Assembly: GCA_016929135.1 (NCBI GenBank)
Contig: JAFGJK010000013.1
Location: 285-64,284 of the forward strand
DNA: 64,000 nt
Direction of reading: 5' to 3'
From: Spirochaetota bacterium
Lineage (GTDB): Bacteria > Spirochaetota > UBA4802 > UBA5550
In this document: piece after piece, positions 44,759 to 54,346 of the stretch
Numbering within the stretch: the stretch's first letter is position 1
Layout of the letters: every line of letters begins with the position of its first letter
The notes under the pieces: generated by a model
What the model was told of the DNA's origin: nothing
What the model saw: only the letters and a program-made list of their open reading frames with translations
Database searches by the model: none
Made by a program: the position numbers and the translations under genes

Positions 44759-46552
44759 CTACATCCTGAAGTAGTCGATGGAGCGAATGAGGTCGGCGGC
44801 GTTGCCGGCCACACGCGACGAGGTGGCCGAGAGCTCCTCGCTGGATGCGGAGCTGTTCTGCGTAACGTCGTTGATCACGGCGGTGGACCTGGATATCTCC
44901 TCAAGGGCGTTCTTCTGTTCCATCATGGCGTTCATTATCTCGTCGGATCGCCTCAGGAAATGGGAGGTGTCCTTCTTCAGCTCGCTGTTGATCTCCAGGT
45001 CCTTTCCCGTAAGCTCCCCCACCCTGTTCACCGTGAGTCCGAAGGAACCGAGGCCCTCGAAGATATTCTCGATATTCTGGATCGCCTCGCTGAGCGAGCG
45101 GTAGGAACCGTCGATGCTCCTGCTGGTGACGTTCATTATTTCCGAGATGGTCTTCGTGCTCTCCCCCGCCTGGTCGGCGAGCCTTCCGATCTCATCGGCC
45201 ACCACGGCGAAGCCCTTCCCGGACTCGCCGGCCCGTGCCGCCTCGATACTGGCGTTCAGAGAGAGGAGGTTCGTCTTGTCCGCGATGTCCCTGATGACGC
45301 CGGTGTGGTCCATCATGCTCGCGGCGTCCCTGGTGGCCGTCTCCATCAGCTTCATGGTCTCGCTGATCTTGAGCTTTACGCTCTCGATGTGATCGTCCAG
45401 CTTCGCCTTCACCTCCAGCGCCTTGGCCATCTCCTCACCCTCGTCGAGGACGATCCGGTGGAGCGTCTCGATGTTCTCGATAAGGATCTTCGTCCTGTTG
45501 TGCTGGTACTCCACCGTCTCGTAGACGGTGGCGTTCCCGGATGACATCTCGTTCAGGGAGGACGAGAGCTGCTCCACGGTGGCGGCCGAGGTCTGGCTCT
45601 GCCCGGCGAAATCGTCCGCCGTCTTGGCCATCTCCTCGGAGGAGATGTTGAGCTCAGCCGCCATCTCCTTGATCACCAGGATCACCGACCGGAGCTTCCC
45701 GATCAGGCCGTTCATGTGGACGCTCATCGTCCCGAGCTCATCCAGGGTCACCATGGGAACGTAGGTCTCGCTGACGTCCCCTTCGGCGATCCTCCCCAGG
45801 GCCTTCCCGATCTCCCGGATGGTGCCGCTGGACGTCTTCGCGTAGAGGTAGCCGGCCATGGCCGTGGTCCCCAGCATCATCAGGGTGATGACGGCAACGT
45901 GGACCCCAAGATGCGGCACCTCCAGCATGCCGTACCGGATCTGCACGATGAAGGTGACGAATATGACGATCGGGACGATCAGTATGGAGAAGAGGGTGAT
46001 GACGATCTTGCGGTAAATGCCCAGGCCCGTCAGCCGCTCCTTTTCCAGGACGACCCCGGCCAGCGAGCTCTCGTTGAGATATTCCGCGAGGGTCACCTCG
46101 GACTGGAACAGGAAGAAGATTGCCGTGACCGGGAGCACCATCACGATGCCGGCCAGCAGGACGAAAAAGCGGACCCAGTTCATCTCGCCCATGAGCGCCA
46201 GTGCCAGCATCGCCGTGCCGACGCCCACCGGGTACCGGACCAGGATCGTCAGGGCCTCGAACCCCGGCTGACGGAGCAGCCGGAGCTTGATCCCCCTTCG
46301 CCGGCCGGCATCGAGGGAATCCAGTTCCGGAAGTGCGGCGGCGACCGGGTCCATCCTCCTGTGTCTCACCATGAGCCCTCCCAGGAGCGTCAGCAGGGAA
46401 CCGGCGGAGGCGCCGACGAAAAAGGGTACGAGGTTGTCCAGGAAGCCGCAGGCGACGAGGCCGTAGTACGCCAGCATGGCGGTGGGGAGCAGGTAGGCGT
46501 AGACCTCCAGTCCCAGGGTCAGCTTGATGAAGGGGCTCGATGATCGTCTCAT
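44759..46552 (-). CDS. Methyl-accepting chemotaxis protein with a multi-TM N-terminal region
   Basis: ATG at 46552 ([11 protein letters not shown]) is preceded by gagga. Several TM helices, a HAMP-like linker, then the signalling-domain core [39 protein letters not shown]. Confidence 0.85.
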   Translation of the reverse strand: MRRSSSPFIKLTLGLEVYAYLLPTAMLAYYGLVACGFLDNLVPFFVGASAGSLLTLLGGLMVRHRRMDPVAAALPELDSLDAGRRRGIKLRLLRQPGFEALTILVRYPVGVGTAMLALALMGEMNWVRFFVLLAGIVMVLPVTAIFFLFQSEVTLAEYLNESSLAGVVLEKERLTGLGIYRKIVITLFSILIVPIVIFVTFIVQIRYGMLEVPHLGVHVAVITLMMLGTTAMAGYLYAKTSSGTIREIGKALGRIAEGDVSETYVPMVTLDELGTMSVHMNGLIGKLRSVILVIKEMAAELNISSEEMAKTADDFAGQSQTSAATVEQLSSSLNEMSSGNATVYETVEYQHNRTKILIENIETLHRIVLDEGEEMAKALEVKAKLDDHIESVKLKISETMKLMETATRDAASMMDHTGVIRDIADKTNLLSLNASIEAARAGESGKGFAVVADEIGRLADQAGESTKTISEIMNVTSRSIDGSYRSLSEAIQNIENIFEGLGSFGLTVNRVGELTGKDLEINSELKKDTSHFLRRSDEIMNAMMEQKNALEEISRSTAVINDVTQNSSASSEELSATSSRVAGNAADLIRSIDYFRM

Positions 46553-46705
46553 GTCCGTGATCCTCGCGTGGAAATTCATCCGTCGGCACCCGCCTGGGCG
46601 GGAAGGGATGCGCCCGGTTCCGCGGCGTTGCGCGACCGCGGGGGCAGAAGGACAAGTATACAACGCTCCCTCGGGGTTCTGTCAATGAAAAAACGCGGGG
46701 CGGCG

Positions 46706-47290
46706 CTACCGGAGGGCGTCGATGTGCTTCTCCATCTGATCCGCCAGCGACTGCATCCCCACCTCGTTGAGGGTCAGCGCGTCGGCATAGTGAAGGGCGG
46801 GATAGAGTTTCGGCATGAGGAAATCGCCGCCGAACTCTCCCTCCATCCATTCGTTCAGGGCCCTGTCCTGCTCCGTGGGGCCGTCCCTCCTGGTGATCCC
46901 CAGGACCACAACCCGGCGGCGCTGCGCCTGCTGGACGTAGACCATCCTGGCCATGTTCTTCTTGAATTCCGGTAGATCGCGGTCGTGGAGCCCGTAGGCG
47001 TAGACCACCACGTCCGGAAGGAGCCGGTTGATGATCTCCAGCCGCTTCATGCCGCCGCGGCTCGAGGTCCCGTACCGCGACACGTTGAACATCTCGTACT
47101 TGAGGCACCTCCAGCGCGGGTCGAGGCCGGCGGCGTGGAGCCTGTCGTCGCCGCAGAGTACCACCACGGGGGACGCCCCCGCCTTGCTCCCCGTCACCGA
47201 CGGGGAGACCTGATCGGCCGCCGTCTTCTCCTGGGCCTGAGAGACCGCCACGACAAGCACCACGAGCGGGACGAGACAGAATGCCTTCAT
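46706..47290 (-). CDS. Secreted SGNH/GDSL-fold-like protein, catalytic residues apparently substituted
   Basis: Signal peptide MKAFCLVPLVVLVVAVSQA. Block-like motifs VVLCGDDRL (GDS becomes GDD), YGLHD (GxND-like) and DALTLNEVG (DxxH becomes DxxT). The fold call is motif-based and weak. Confidence 0.4.
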   Translation of the reverse strand: MKAFCLVPLVVLVVAVSQAQEKTAADQVSPSVTGSKAGASPVVVLCGDDRLHAAGLDPRWRCLKYEMFNVSRYGTSSRGGMKRLEIINRLLPDVVVYAYGLHDRDLPEFKKNMARMVYVQQAQRRRVVVLGITRRDGPTEQDRALNEWMEGEFGGDFLMPKLYPALHYADALTLNEVGMQSLADQMEKHIDALR

Positions 47291-47491
47291 CGCTTCCTCC
47301 GCTGCGGAAAACCGCTCCGCCGATATGGGGATTTCGGAGACGGGCCGTGCCCCTCCCCGCCCCCATTGTGCCCCCCGCCCGCCGACGATGCAATGATTTT
47401 TTCTCTGCCGCGGCGGATCCGGCGCGGCAAAAAAGGGTTGCCAGCGGGCTCGTCATGGCGCCCCATGGAGGGATCATTTCAGGGGGTGGCG

Positions 47492-48079
47492 ATGAAGCGC
47501 CTGTGTGTCTACTGCGGATCGAGCCTGGGGACCGATACCGCATACCGTCGCGGTGCCGCGAGACTCGGCGCCCTCATCGCCGGCCGCGGCCTCGAGCTGG
47601 TCTACGGCGGGGCGGTGATGGGCCTCATGGGAACGCTGGCGAAGGCATGTCTGGAGGCGGGGGGCCGGGTGACCGGCGTGATCCCGGAGCGTCTCGTCGG
47701 CATGGGCGTGGTGAAGGAGGACCTCCAGGAGCTCATTCTGGTACGGGACATGCACGAGCGGAAGCGGGTGATGATGGAGCTCTCCGATGCCTTCATCGCC
47801 ATGCCGGGCGGCCCCGGCACCCTGGAGGAGGCCTTCGAGGTGTACTCGTGGATGCAGCTGGGGATGCATGAAAAGCCGCTGGGCCTCTTCAACCTCCTGG
47901 GCTTCTACGATCCCCTCATGGCGTTTCTGCAGGGGGTATCGGCCGCGGGCTTTCTCAGGCCCGGTCACCTGGAGTACCTCATCGTGGAGGGGGACCCGGC
48001 GGTCCTGCTGGACCGGATCGAGGGCTTCCGCTTCCGGGCCCTGGGAAAATGGGAGGACATGGCGGCGCACCGGGTTTAG
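47492..48079 (+). CDS. LOG-family protein (TIGR00730-type, cytokinin riboside 5'-monophosphate phosphoribohydrolase-like)
   Basis: Internal ATG of track ORF 46985..48079. MKRLCVYCGSS, VYGGAVMGLMG, AMPGGPGTLEE are the hallmark GGGxxGxMG and PGGxGTxxE motifs. The gene ends in TAG. Confidence 0.85.
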   Translation: MKRLCVYCGSSLGTDTAYRRGAARLGALIAGRGLELVYGGAVMGLMGTLAKACLEAGGRVTGVIPERLVGMGVVKEDLQELILVRDMHERKRVMMELSDAFIAMPGGPGTLEEAFEVYSWMQLGMHEKPLGLFNLLGFYDPLMAFLQGVSAAGFLRPGHLEYLIVEGDPAVLLDRIEGFRFRALGKWEDMAAHRV

Positions 48080-48104
48080 GCGCCGCCGTACCGGAGCGGA
48101 ATCG

Positions 48105-48542
48105 ATGAAAGCGGTGGAGCCCATAAAACTCGTCAGTGTCACCGGCGACCGCGACGCCACGAGAGTGGTCTTCGCGTCATACCTGAAACCCGATTTCGTC
48201 GAGCGCGCCATGACCGTCCGCATCGGCGCTGACAGGATCGTCCGGGAGATCGAGTTCTCGTCCAACGAGTACGGCACCGCCCTGTGGGTGAACGGGCGCG
48301 GCATCACCGACTGCCACCGATGGGAGGACGAGGAGACGGTGCAATCCACCTCCTACCTCAACAGGCACTACCCCGCGCTCCTCCTGAACGGCCCCATGAG
48401 CGAGGACTACGCCGAGAGGCAGGTGATACCGGACGTGCTGGACTCGCTTGAAAGTGTGCCCCTGCGTGAGACCATACGCGCCATGGTAGGGGAATCGAGG
48501 TCCGAAACCGCTATAGACCCCTCGCTGCTGGAGCTGTCATGA
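48105..48542 (+). CDS. Hypothetical protein (145 aa)
   Basis: Internal ATG of track ORF 47787..48542 (MKAVEPIKLVSV). Its stop overlaps the next gene's ATG (ATGA). No recognised domain. Confidence 0.45.
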   Translation: MKAVEPIKLVSVTGDRDATRVVFASYLKPDFVERAMTVRIGADRIVREIEFSSNEYGTALWVNGRGITDCHRWEDEETVQSTSYLNRHYPALLLNGPMSEDYAERQVIPDVLDSLESVPLRETIRAMVGESRSETAIDPSLLELS

Positions 48543-49228
48543 ACAATCCCATCGAAGCAGCCATAGAGGCCGCCACCGCCGGGGAGCGCTGCATCCACGG
48601 CTTCTCCGACCTGCGGGGCCTCCTTCCCCCCCCCTACGACCGCTACGGCTACGGCATCACCCTGGCCATGCGGCTCGACGACGATGTCATCGACGGCATA
48701 CGGGAGGGGCCCACCGCGGAATACCACGACCACTACCGGGAGGTAAACCGGCGACTGGAGTCGGCGGCGAACCGGATTGCGGACTTCATGGCGGGGCTGG
48801 CCCCCTCGGAGGCGGTGACGCCCACCTTTTCCGACGGAAGGCTGACGGCGAATTACCAAACGCTTCGCGCCCCCCTCTCGCACAAGATGGCGGCCACAAG
48901 GAGCGGCCTGGGCTGGATCGGCAAGTGCGACCTCTTCGTGTCCGAGCGGTTCGGTCCCCGGATCCGGCTCGCCACGGTGCTCACCGAATACCCGCTGGAG
49001 CCGGGCGAGCCGGTCACCGAGAGCCGCTGCGGCGCCTGTACCGCCTGCGTGCGGGCCTGCCCCGCCGGTGCACCCTCGGGACGGCAGTGGCGGGCCGGCC
49101 TGGACCGGGACGAGTTCTTCGACCCATTCAAATGCAGGGAGAAGTGCCTGGAGCTGACGGAGCGGCGCATCGGTCAGAGGATAAGCATCTGCGGCATCTG
49201 CGTGTCGGTCTGCCCGCAGGGGAGGTGA
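48539..49228 (+). CDS. 4Fe-4S dicluster protein related to epoxyqueuosine reductase (QueG-like, short form)
   Basis: SHKMAATRSGLGWIGKCDLFVSERFGPRIRLATVLTEYPLE resembles the QueG core. Two Cys clusters: CGACTACVRACP and CGICVSVCP. Confidence 0.6.
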   Translation: MNNPIEAAIEAATAGERCIHGFSDLRGLLPPPYDRYGYGITLAMRLDDDVIDGIREGPTAEYHDHYREVNRRLESAANRIADFMAGLAPSEAVTPTFSDGRLTANYQTLRAPLSHKMAATRSGLGWIGKCDLFVSERFGPRIRLATVLTEYPLEPGEPVTESRCGACTACVRACPAGAPSGRQWRAGLDRDEFFDPFKCREKCLELTERRIGQRISICGICVSVCPQGR

Positions 49229-49272
49229 CCGCGATCCGGGCGCGGGGCCCGGCAGCTGCCCCCCCGGGGCCG

Positions 49273-49704
49273 TCAGGGGGTTATGTTCACCACGGTCCAG
49301 AAGCGGCCGATGGAATCGAGAGAATCGAGAAGCTGCTTGAATTCCAGGGGTTTCACCACGTAGGCGTTGCTGCCGAAATCGTAGCACTCCTGTATGTCCC
49401 GCTCCTCCCTGGAAGAGGTGAGCATTACCACCGGCAGGACCTTCAGCACCGGGTCCCCCTTGATCCACTTTAAAAGCTCGATCCCGTTCATGCGGGGCAT
49501 CTTGATGTCCAGTAGCACCAGCGACGGGAGCCCCCGGGCCTCGGCTCCCGCCCCCGATTTTTCGTGAAGGTACTCCAGGGCCTCAACCCCGTCGCACACT
49601 CTGTCCACCGTGATCCCCTCCGCCCCGTTCACCAGCGCCATGGATATGAGCTCCGCGTCATGATCATTGTCCTCCACCAGCAGAATCCTTCTCGCGACGG
49701 TCAT
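49273..49704 (-). CDS. Single-domain response regulator (CheY-like)
   Basis: ATG at 49704 is preceded by aggagg. ILLVEDNDHDAELI, LVLLDIKMPRMNGIELL, VVMLTSS, AYVVKP. Confidence 0.9.
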   Translation of the reverse strand: MTVARRILLVEDNDHDAELISMALVNGAEGITVDRVCDGVEALEYLHEKSGAGAEARGLPSLVLLDIKMPRMNGIELLKWIKGDPVLKVLPVVMLTSSREERDIQECYDFGSNAYVVKPLEFKQLLDSLDSIGRFWTVVNITP

Positions 49705-49714
49705 GCCCTTCCTC

Positions 49715-52700
49715 CTATGCACTATCCGCTCCCCCCGCCGGGAGCGTGAAATAAAAACTGGAGCCCTTCCCCGGCTCGCTCTCGGCCCAGACCCTGCCCC
49801 CGTGGCGCTCGATGATCCGCTTCACCGTGGCGAGGCCGATGCCGGTCCCCTGGAATTCCCGGTCGCTGTGGAGCCGCTGGAACACGCCGAAGAGCTTGTC
49901 GGCGTACCGCATATCGAAGCCGACGCCGTTGTCCCGCACCGTAAAGACCACCTCCCCCTCACCCGGCGCCGCGGCGACCTCCACCCTGGGGTGCGGGGCG
50001 CGTGAGCTGAACTTGAAGGCGTTGGCGAGGAGGTTCGTCACCACCACCTTCAGCATCGCCCTGTCGCCGTTCACCTCCGGCAGCGCGCTATTCCTCACCA
50101 CCTCCACCCCCTCCGCCTCCACCGCCAGGTCCCGCAGCGTCTCCGCGAGGATCGAATTCATGTCCACGGCGTTCATCACGAGCCCCGATCTCCCCATCCT
50201 GGAAAAGGCCAGCAGGTCGTCGATGAGCTGCCCCATGCGCCTGGATGAATCCTCTATCACCTCCATGTAGTGGAGCGCCCGGGGATTGTCGATGGTCCCG
50301 ATCTCCCCCTTGAACATGTCGAGGAATCCATTGATGTGCCTGAGGGGCGCCCTGAGGTCGTGGGACACGGTGTAGGAGAAGGACTCCAGCTCGCGGTTCG
50401 CCTTGTCCAGGTCCCCGGTCCGGTCCGCCACCAGCCGCTCCAGGTTGGCGAACAGCTCCTCGAGCCGGTCTTCTGCCTGCTTGCGGATGATGGTCCCGGC
50501 GAGGGTGGCCGCCGCGGCGGTCAGGAAATCCGCCTCGTACTCGCTGTACCCGTGATCCTCGTCGACGTGGAGGTCCATGACCCCCAGGACGAATCCCTCG
50601 TGCAGGATGGGGACGCAGTAATGGCGGTGGCGCGCCATTCCCGGCACGGTCACCGGGTGCCGCTCGTCCGGATACGGGGCGAAGATCACCCTCTTCTCCA
50701 TGGCCGCGCGGCCGCAGAGGCATTCGCCGAAGGGGACCGGTCCCTCGTGAAGGTGGCGCGACAGCTCCGCCGCGATTCCGCAATGGGCCGCCACGGAGAG
50801 GGTCCGCTGGTCGTCGTCCGCCAGGAAGACCATGCCCCGGCGGTCCGGGGAGAACCAGTCCAGGGAGAGGATCGTCTCCATGCTCTCCTCCAGCAGTTCC
50901 CCCAGCCGGGCCTTTTTCAGGGAGATCGTGAGCAGCTGGTTCTGCACCCGCTGTGTCTCCAGGTTCAGCCTAAGGTCCCGTTCCGCCCACTTCAGGTCGG
51001 TGATGTCGCTCATGATCCCCGTAATCCCCTCGACGGCGCCGTCCTTTATGAGCACCCTGCTGGAGGTGCGGACGAAGTGCACCGCACCCCCCCTGTCGTA
51101 GGTGCGGAACTCGAAGGGTTCAAATCTGCCGTCTATGGTCCTGGTCAGGCTCTCGAAGAGGGCCGGCAGGTCTTCGGGGCACACGAACTCCACGAACTCC
51201 CTGCCGACCACCTCGTCAGCGCGGTACCCGCTGATTGCCTCGATGGGCGGGCTGATGTAGGTGAAGTGGCCCTTCGTGTCCAGCACGAAGAACACGTCGT
51301 TGATGTTCTCAATGATGGTCCGGAAGCGCTCCTCGCTCCTGCGTACCTCCTCCTCGGCCCGCTTCCTTTCGGTGATGTCGATGGAGAGTATGAACAGGCC
51401 CTCGGGAACCGGCTGGATGCTCAGCTGAAACCAGCCGGCGGAATCGTCTGGGTAGACGAACTGGTTTTCCATGTGATGCGTCCCGCGTTCCTCCATGCAG
51501 CGCCGCAGGTGCACGAAGAGCTCGGTCTTCTCAATCCCGGGGTACACCTCCATCATGGTCCTGCCGAGCATCTCCTCCTTTGTCAGGCGTCCGTGTTTCA
51601 CTGCCGAATCGTTGAGGTAGAGGTATTGCCAGTCGAAGCCGATTATCTGCCCCCCCTCCAGCATGCTGTCCAGGGTCCTGCGGTACCGCTCCTCGCTGGC
51701 ACGCAACGACTCCTCGGCCATCCTGCGCTCGGTGATATCCGATATGAATCCCTCCAGGGCCTCCGTGTCGCCCCCCTCGAATACGCCGCGCCCCCTCTCC
51801 CATACCCACCGCTTCGATCCGTCGGCGGTGCGAATCCGGTACTCCAGGGTGTAGGGGCTCCTCCGGGCCACACATCGCTGAATCTCGTCCCATACCCCCT
51901 GCCGGTCCTCCGGCTCGATGACGGAATTGAAGGACCGGACACGGTTATGCAGGAAGTCCTCTGCCGGGTATCCCGCGAGCTCCATGACGCCGTCGCTGAT
52001 GTATTCCATAGTCCAGTCGGAATCGTTTATGCACCGGTACGCCACGCCCCGAAGGTTGTTCATGAGGATCCGGACCTTCCGGTCGCTCTCCCGCAGCTCC
52101 TCCTGGGCCCTCTTCAGCCCGGTGATGTCCCTGTTCGCCCCCCTCCTTCCGGCGTACCAGCCGTCGGCGGTGACGATGGGGCTGCAGACATGGCTGATCC
52201 ACCGGGTCTCGCCGTCCTTCGAGATGATTCGGAATTCCAGCTCGTGGAAATCCCCGGCCTTAGACGATTCGGCGAGGTGGCCGCTCACCAGGGCCCTGTC
52301 CTCGGGATGGGCTATCTCCTCGAAGAGCCCCGGCCGGTCGTCGAACTCCGCCGGCGAATAACCGGTGATGCGCTCGCAGGCGGGGGAGCTGTAGCGGAAA
52401 CGCCCCTCCTGGTCCACCCAGTAGACCCAGTCGTCGGCGTTGTCGGCGATCATCCGGTACTTCTCCTCGCTCTCCCGCAGCGCCTCCGCCGCCTCGAGGC
52501 GCTCGTGGAGCACCGCCTCGTCCTGCTTGCGCCAGAGGAGCAGCAGGCCGGCCCCCGCCCCGGTGACGAAGAGCAGCATGGCCACCGCCATGAGCCAGAA
52601 CTGGTGCCGCACCGGCTCGTACACCTCGTCGGCATCGATGCGGGCCACCAGGAACCACGGGGAGCCGGGCACGGCCCGCAGGGCCGCCACCACCGGCTTG

Positions 52701-54214
52701 CCCCGGTAGTCGATCCCCTCCACGATCCCCCGGCGTCCCTTCACCGCCATCACCGCGGGCACCTCGGTGCGCGTGAGGGGGATGCGCCGGTTCATCGCGC
52801 TGTTCTTGATGAACCGCAGCTCGTTCAGGAACAGGACATGGTCCCCCTGGCGGCGCACCAGAAGGCTCTCGGCGGTGCGGCTCGGCGCGGGCCAGCGCTC
52901 GATCATGGGATACAGGTAGGTGGCGGGGTCGAGGACCATGACGACGAAGCCGAGGGTCCCCCGCCCCCCCGACTCGACGACCGGGGTGACCACGGCGAGC
53001 CGGATCGGCCCCTTCGGTCCCGCACGGAAGAAATCGACCATCGCCACCCTTCCGGAGCGGCGCGCCTCTTCGAGACAGGCGACGCAGTACTCCCCGGTAT
53101 TCCCCCGCGCCGGCGGCAGGGCGATGCGGAGCCTCCCCCCGGCGTCGAAGACCAGCGTCTGCGTGAAGCCGTAGGCCGCCTGCCTCCGTCGGAGCCACGA
53201 GAGGAACTCCCGGCGGGAGACCTCTTCGCCGGGCTGGGAGAGGTGACGCCGCATCAGGCCCGTGAAGGCGTCGTTGCCGTACAGCGCTCTTCCGTTCTCC
53301 ATGCGCTCCCGGCGCCAGTTGACCAGATCCTCCACCTTCATGTCCGCGATGGCGGAAAGCCCCCGCTCCACCTCCTCCCTGAAATGGTTCCGGTAGTGGC
53401 GGTAGTACAGGAATCCCGAGAAGATCATCCCCGTGGCCAGGACGATGTAGATTGCGGTAAAGGCGGCCGGTATCTGCTTTGTCGGATCGAGCCTGGGCGC
53501 CATTCCGATAAGCCGCTTCGGGTTGAGCCCCCAGGCGATGATGAGTGAGCCCAGGGCGAAACTCTGCGGCAGGAAGTTCAGCTCCATCCCCGGCAGGAGG
53601 TTGAAGATGGGGAACAGAGAGCCCACCACCACCACCAGTGTGCCCGCCCCCAGGATCACGGCCTGGGCGCGGTGCCGCCGGTACAGGCGCGCCGCGGCGA
53701 CGAAGATGATGGTGACCCCCGCAAGCATCAGCAGGTACGTGTAGAGCAGATTGACGTTGAACCAGACGCCGGGGACCCGGTGCCACATCTGCGGAATGTA
53801 AAAGGGACCCGCGTGCCTGTAGGCGACGTCGCGGACCACCCAGAGGGAGTGAAAATCCTTGCTCCAGACCATCACCTGGGTGATCAGGGGAACGATGAAG
53901 AGCGCCGCCGCCGGCCGCCCCGACAGCGCGCCGGCCGCCCCCGCATAGCGCAGCACAAAGATGAACCACAGGACCGGGATCAGCGAAAAGGGGAAAAACC
54001 TCAGGTCCCACCAGAGGTCCGCCAGCACCTCCGACGGACCGGCCATTGAGAGGCCCTGGAGGAGGGAGAGAATGGCCACCAGTATCACCATCCACATGCA
54101 CATGCCGGCGCCGGCCACGACGCCGCGCTGCCTTCGGGTGTACAGGGCCACGAACCCCATGGCGGCGGCCGTTACAAAGGTTGAAATGAAATAGGTCAGG
54201 TGAGCCCAGTTCAT
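49715..54214 (-). CDS. Large sensor histidine kinase: N-terminal 7TM region, periplasmic-type sensor, about 5 PAS, GAF, HisKA, HATPase
   Basis: 1499 aa. The N-terminal multi-TM block resembles the histidine-kinase 7TM domain. A second TM pair encloses a sensor region. PAS repeats are each followed by DITERK/DITGLK-type junctions. GAF region (LLEESMETILSLDWF), H-box FSYTVSHDLRAPLRHINGF, and ATPase boxes (TNLLANAFKF, DNGVGFD, GTGIGLATVKRIIERHGG). Confidence 0.9.
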   Translation of the reverse strand: MNWAHLTYFISTFVTAAAMGFVALYTRRQRGVVAGAGMCMWMVILVAILSLLQGLSMAGPSEVLADLWWDLRFFPFSLIPVLWFIFVLRYAGAAGALSGRPAAALFIVPLITQVMVWSKDFHSLWVVRDVAYRHAGPFYIPQMWHRVPGVWFNVNLLYTYLLMLAGVTIIFVAAARLYRRHRAQAVILGAGTLVVVVGSLFPIFNLLPGMELNFLPQSFALGSLIIAWGLNPKRLIGMAPRLDPTKQIPAAFTAIYIVLATGMIFSGFLYYRHYRNHFREEVERGLSAIADMKVEDLVNWRRERMENGRALYGNDAFTGLMRRHLSQPGEEVSRREFLSWLRRRQAAYGFTQTLVFDAGGRLRIALPPARGNTGEYCVACLEEARRSGRVAMVDFFRAGPKGPIRLAVVTPVVESGGRGTLGFVVMVLDPATYLYPMIERWPAPSRTAESLLVRRQGDHVLFLNELRFIKNSAMNRRIPLTRTEVPAVMAVKGRRGIVEGIDYRGKPVVAALRAVPGSPWFLVARIDADEVYEPVRHQFWLMAVAMLLFVTGAGAGLLLLWRKQDEAVLHERLEAAEALRESEEKYRMIADNADDWVYWVDQEGRFRYSSPACERITGYSPAEFDDRPGLFEEIAHPEDRALVSGHLAESSKAGDFHELEFRIISKDGETRWISHVCSPIVTADGWYAGRRGANRDITGLKRAQEELRESDRKVRILMNNLRGVAYRCINDSDWTMEYISDGVMELAGYPAEDFLHNRVRSFNSVIEPEDRQGVWDEIQRCVARRSPYTLEYRIRTADGSKRWVWERGRGVFEGGDTEALEGFISDITERRMAEESLRASEERYRRTLDSMLEGGQIIGFDWQYLYLNDSAVKHGRLTKEEMLGRTMMEVYPGIEKTELFVHLRRCMEERGTHHMENQFVYPDDSAGWFQLSIQPVPEGLFILSIDITERKRAEEEVRRSEERFRTIIENINDVFFVLDTKGHFTYISPPIEAISGYRADEVVGREFVEFVCPEDLPALFESLTRTIDGRFEPFEFRTYDRGGAVHFVRTSSRVLIKDGAVEGITGIMSDITDLKWAERDLRLNLETQRVQNQLLTISLKKARLGELLEESMETILSLDWFSPDRRGMVFLADDDQRTLSVAAHCGIAAELSRHLHEGPVPFGECLCGRAAMEKRVIFAPYPDERHPVTVPGMARHRHYCVPILHEGFVLGVMDLHVDEDHGYSEYEADFLTAAAATLAGTIIRKQAEDRLEELFANLERLVADRTGDLDKANRELESFSYTVSHDLRAPLRHINGFLDMFKGEIGTIDNPRALHYMEVIEDSSRRMGQLIDDLLAFSRMGRSGLVMNAVDMNSILAETLRDLAVEAEGVEVVRNSALPEVNGDRAMLKVVVTNLLANAFKFSSRAPHPRVEVAAAPGEGEVVFTVRDNGVGFDMRYADKLFGVFQRLHSDREFQGTGIGLATVKRIIERHGGRVWAESEPGKGSSFYFTLPAGGADSA

Positions 54215-54346
54215 ACAGCCCCCTCTTTCCCGGTATCACCGGCGGATGATCCCTCATCGCGCCGCGCGGGAGTTCTTCCCGCCGGACGGGCTTCGCGGCA
54301 TTCCCGGATTCCGCCGGGCGTCATGTCACGCTGTATCGGCAAACCC

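Noticed and set aside
50270-53548. 1092-aa plus-strand ORF
   Set aside because: It is antisense to the PAS/GAF histidine kinase, whose domain motifs are unambiguous. It has shadow-frame composition.
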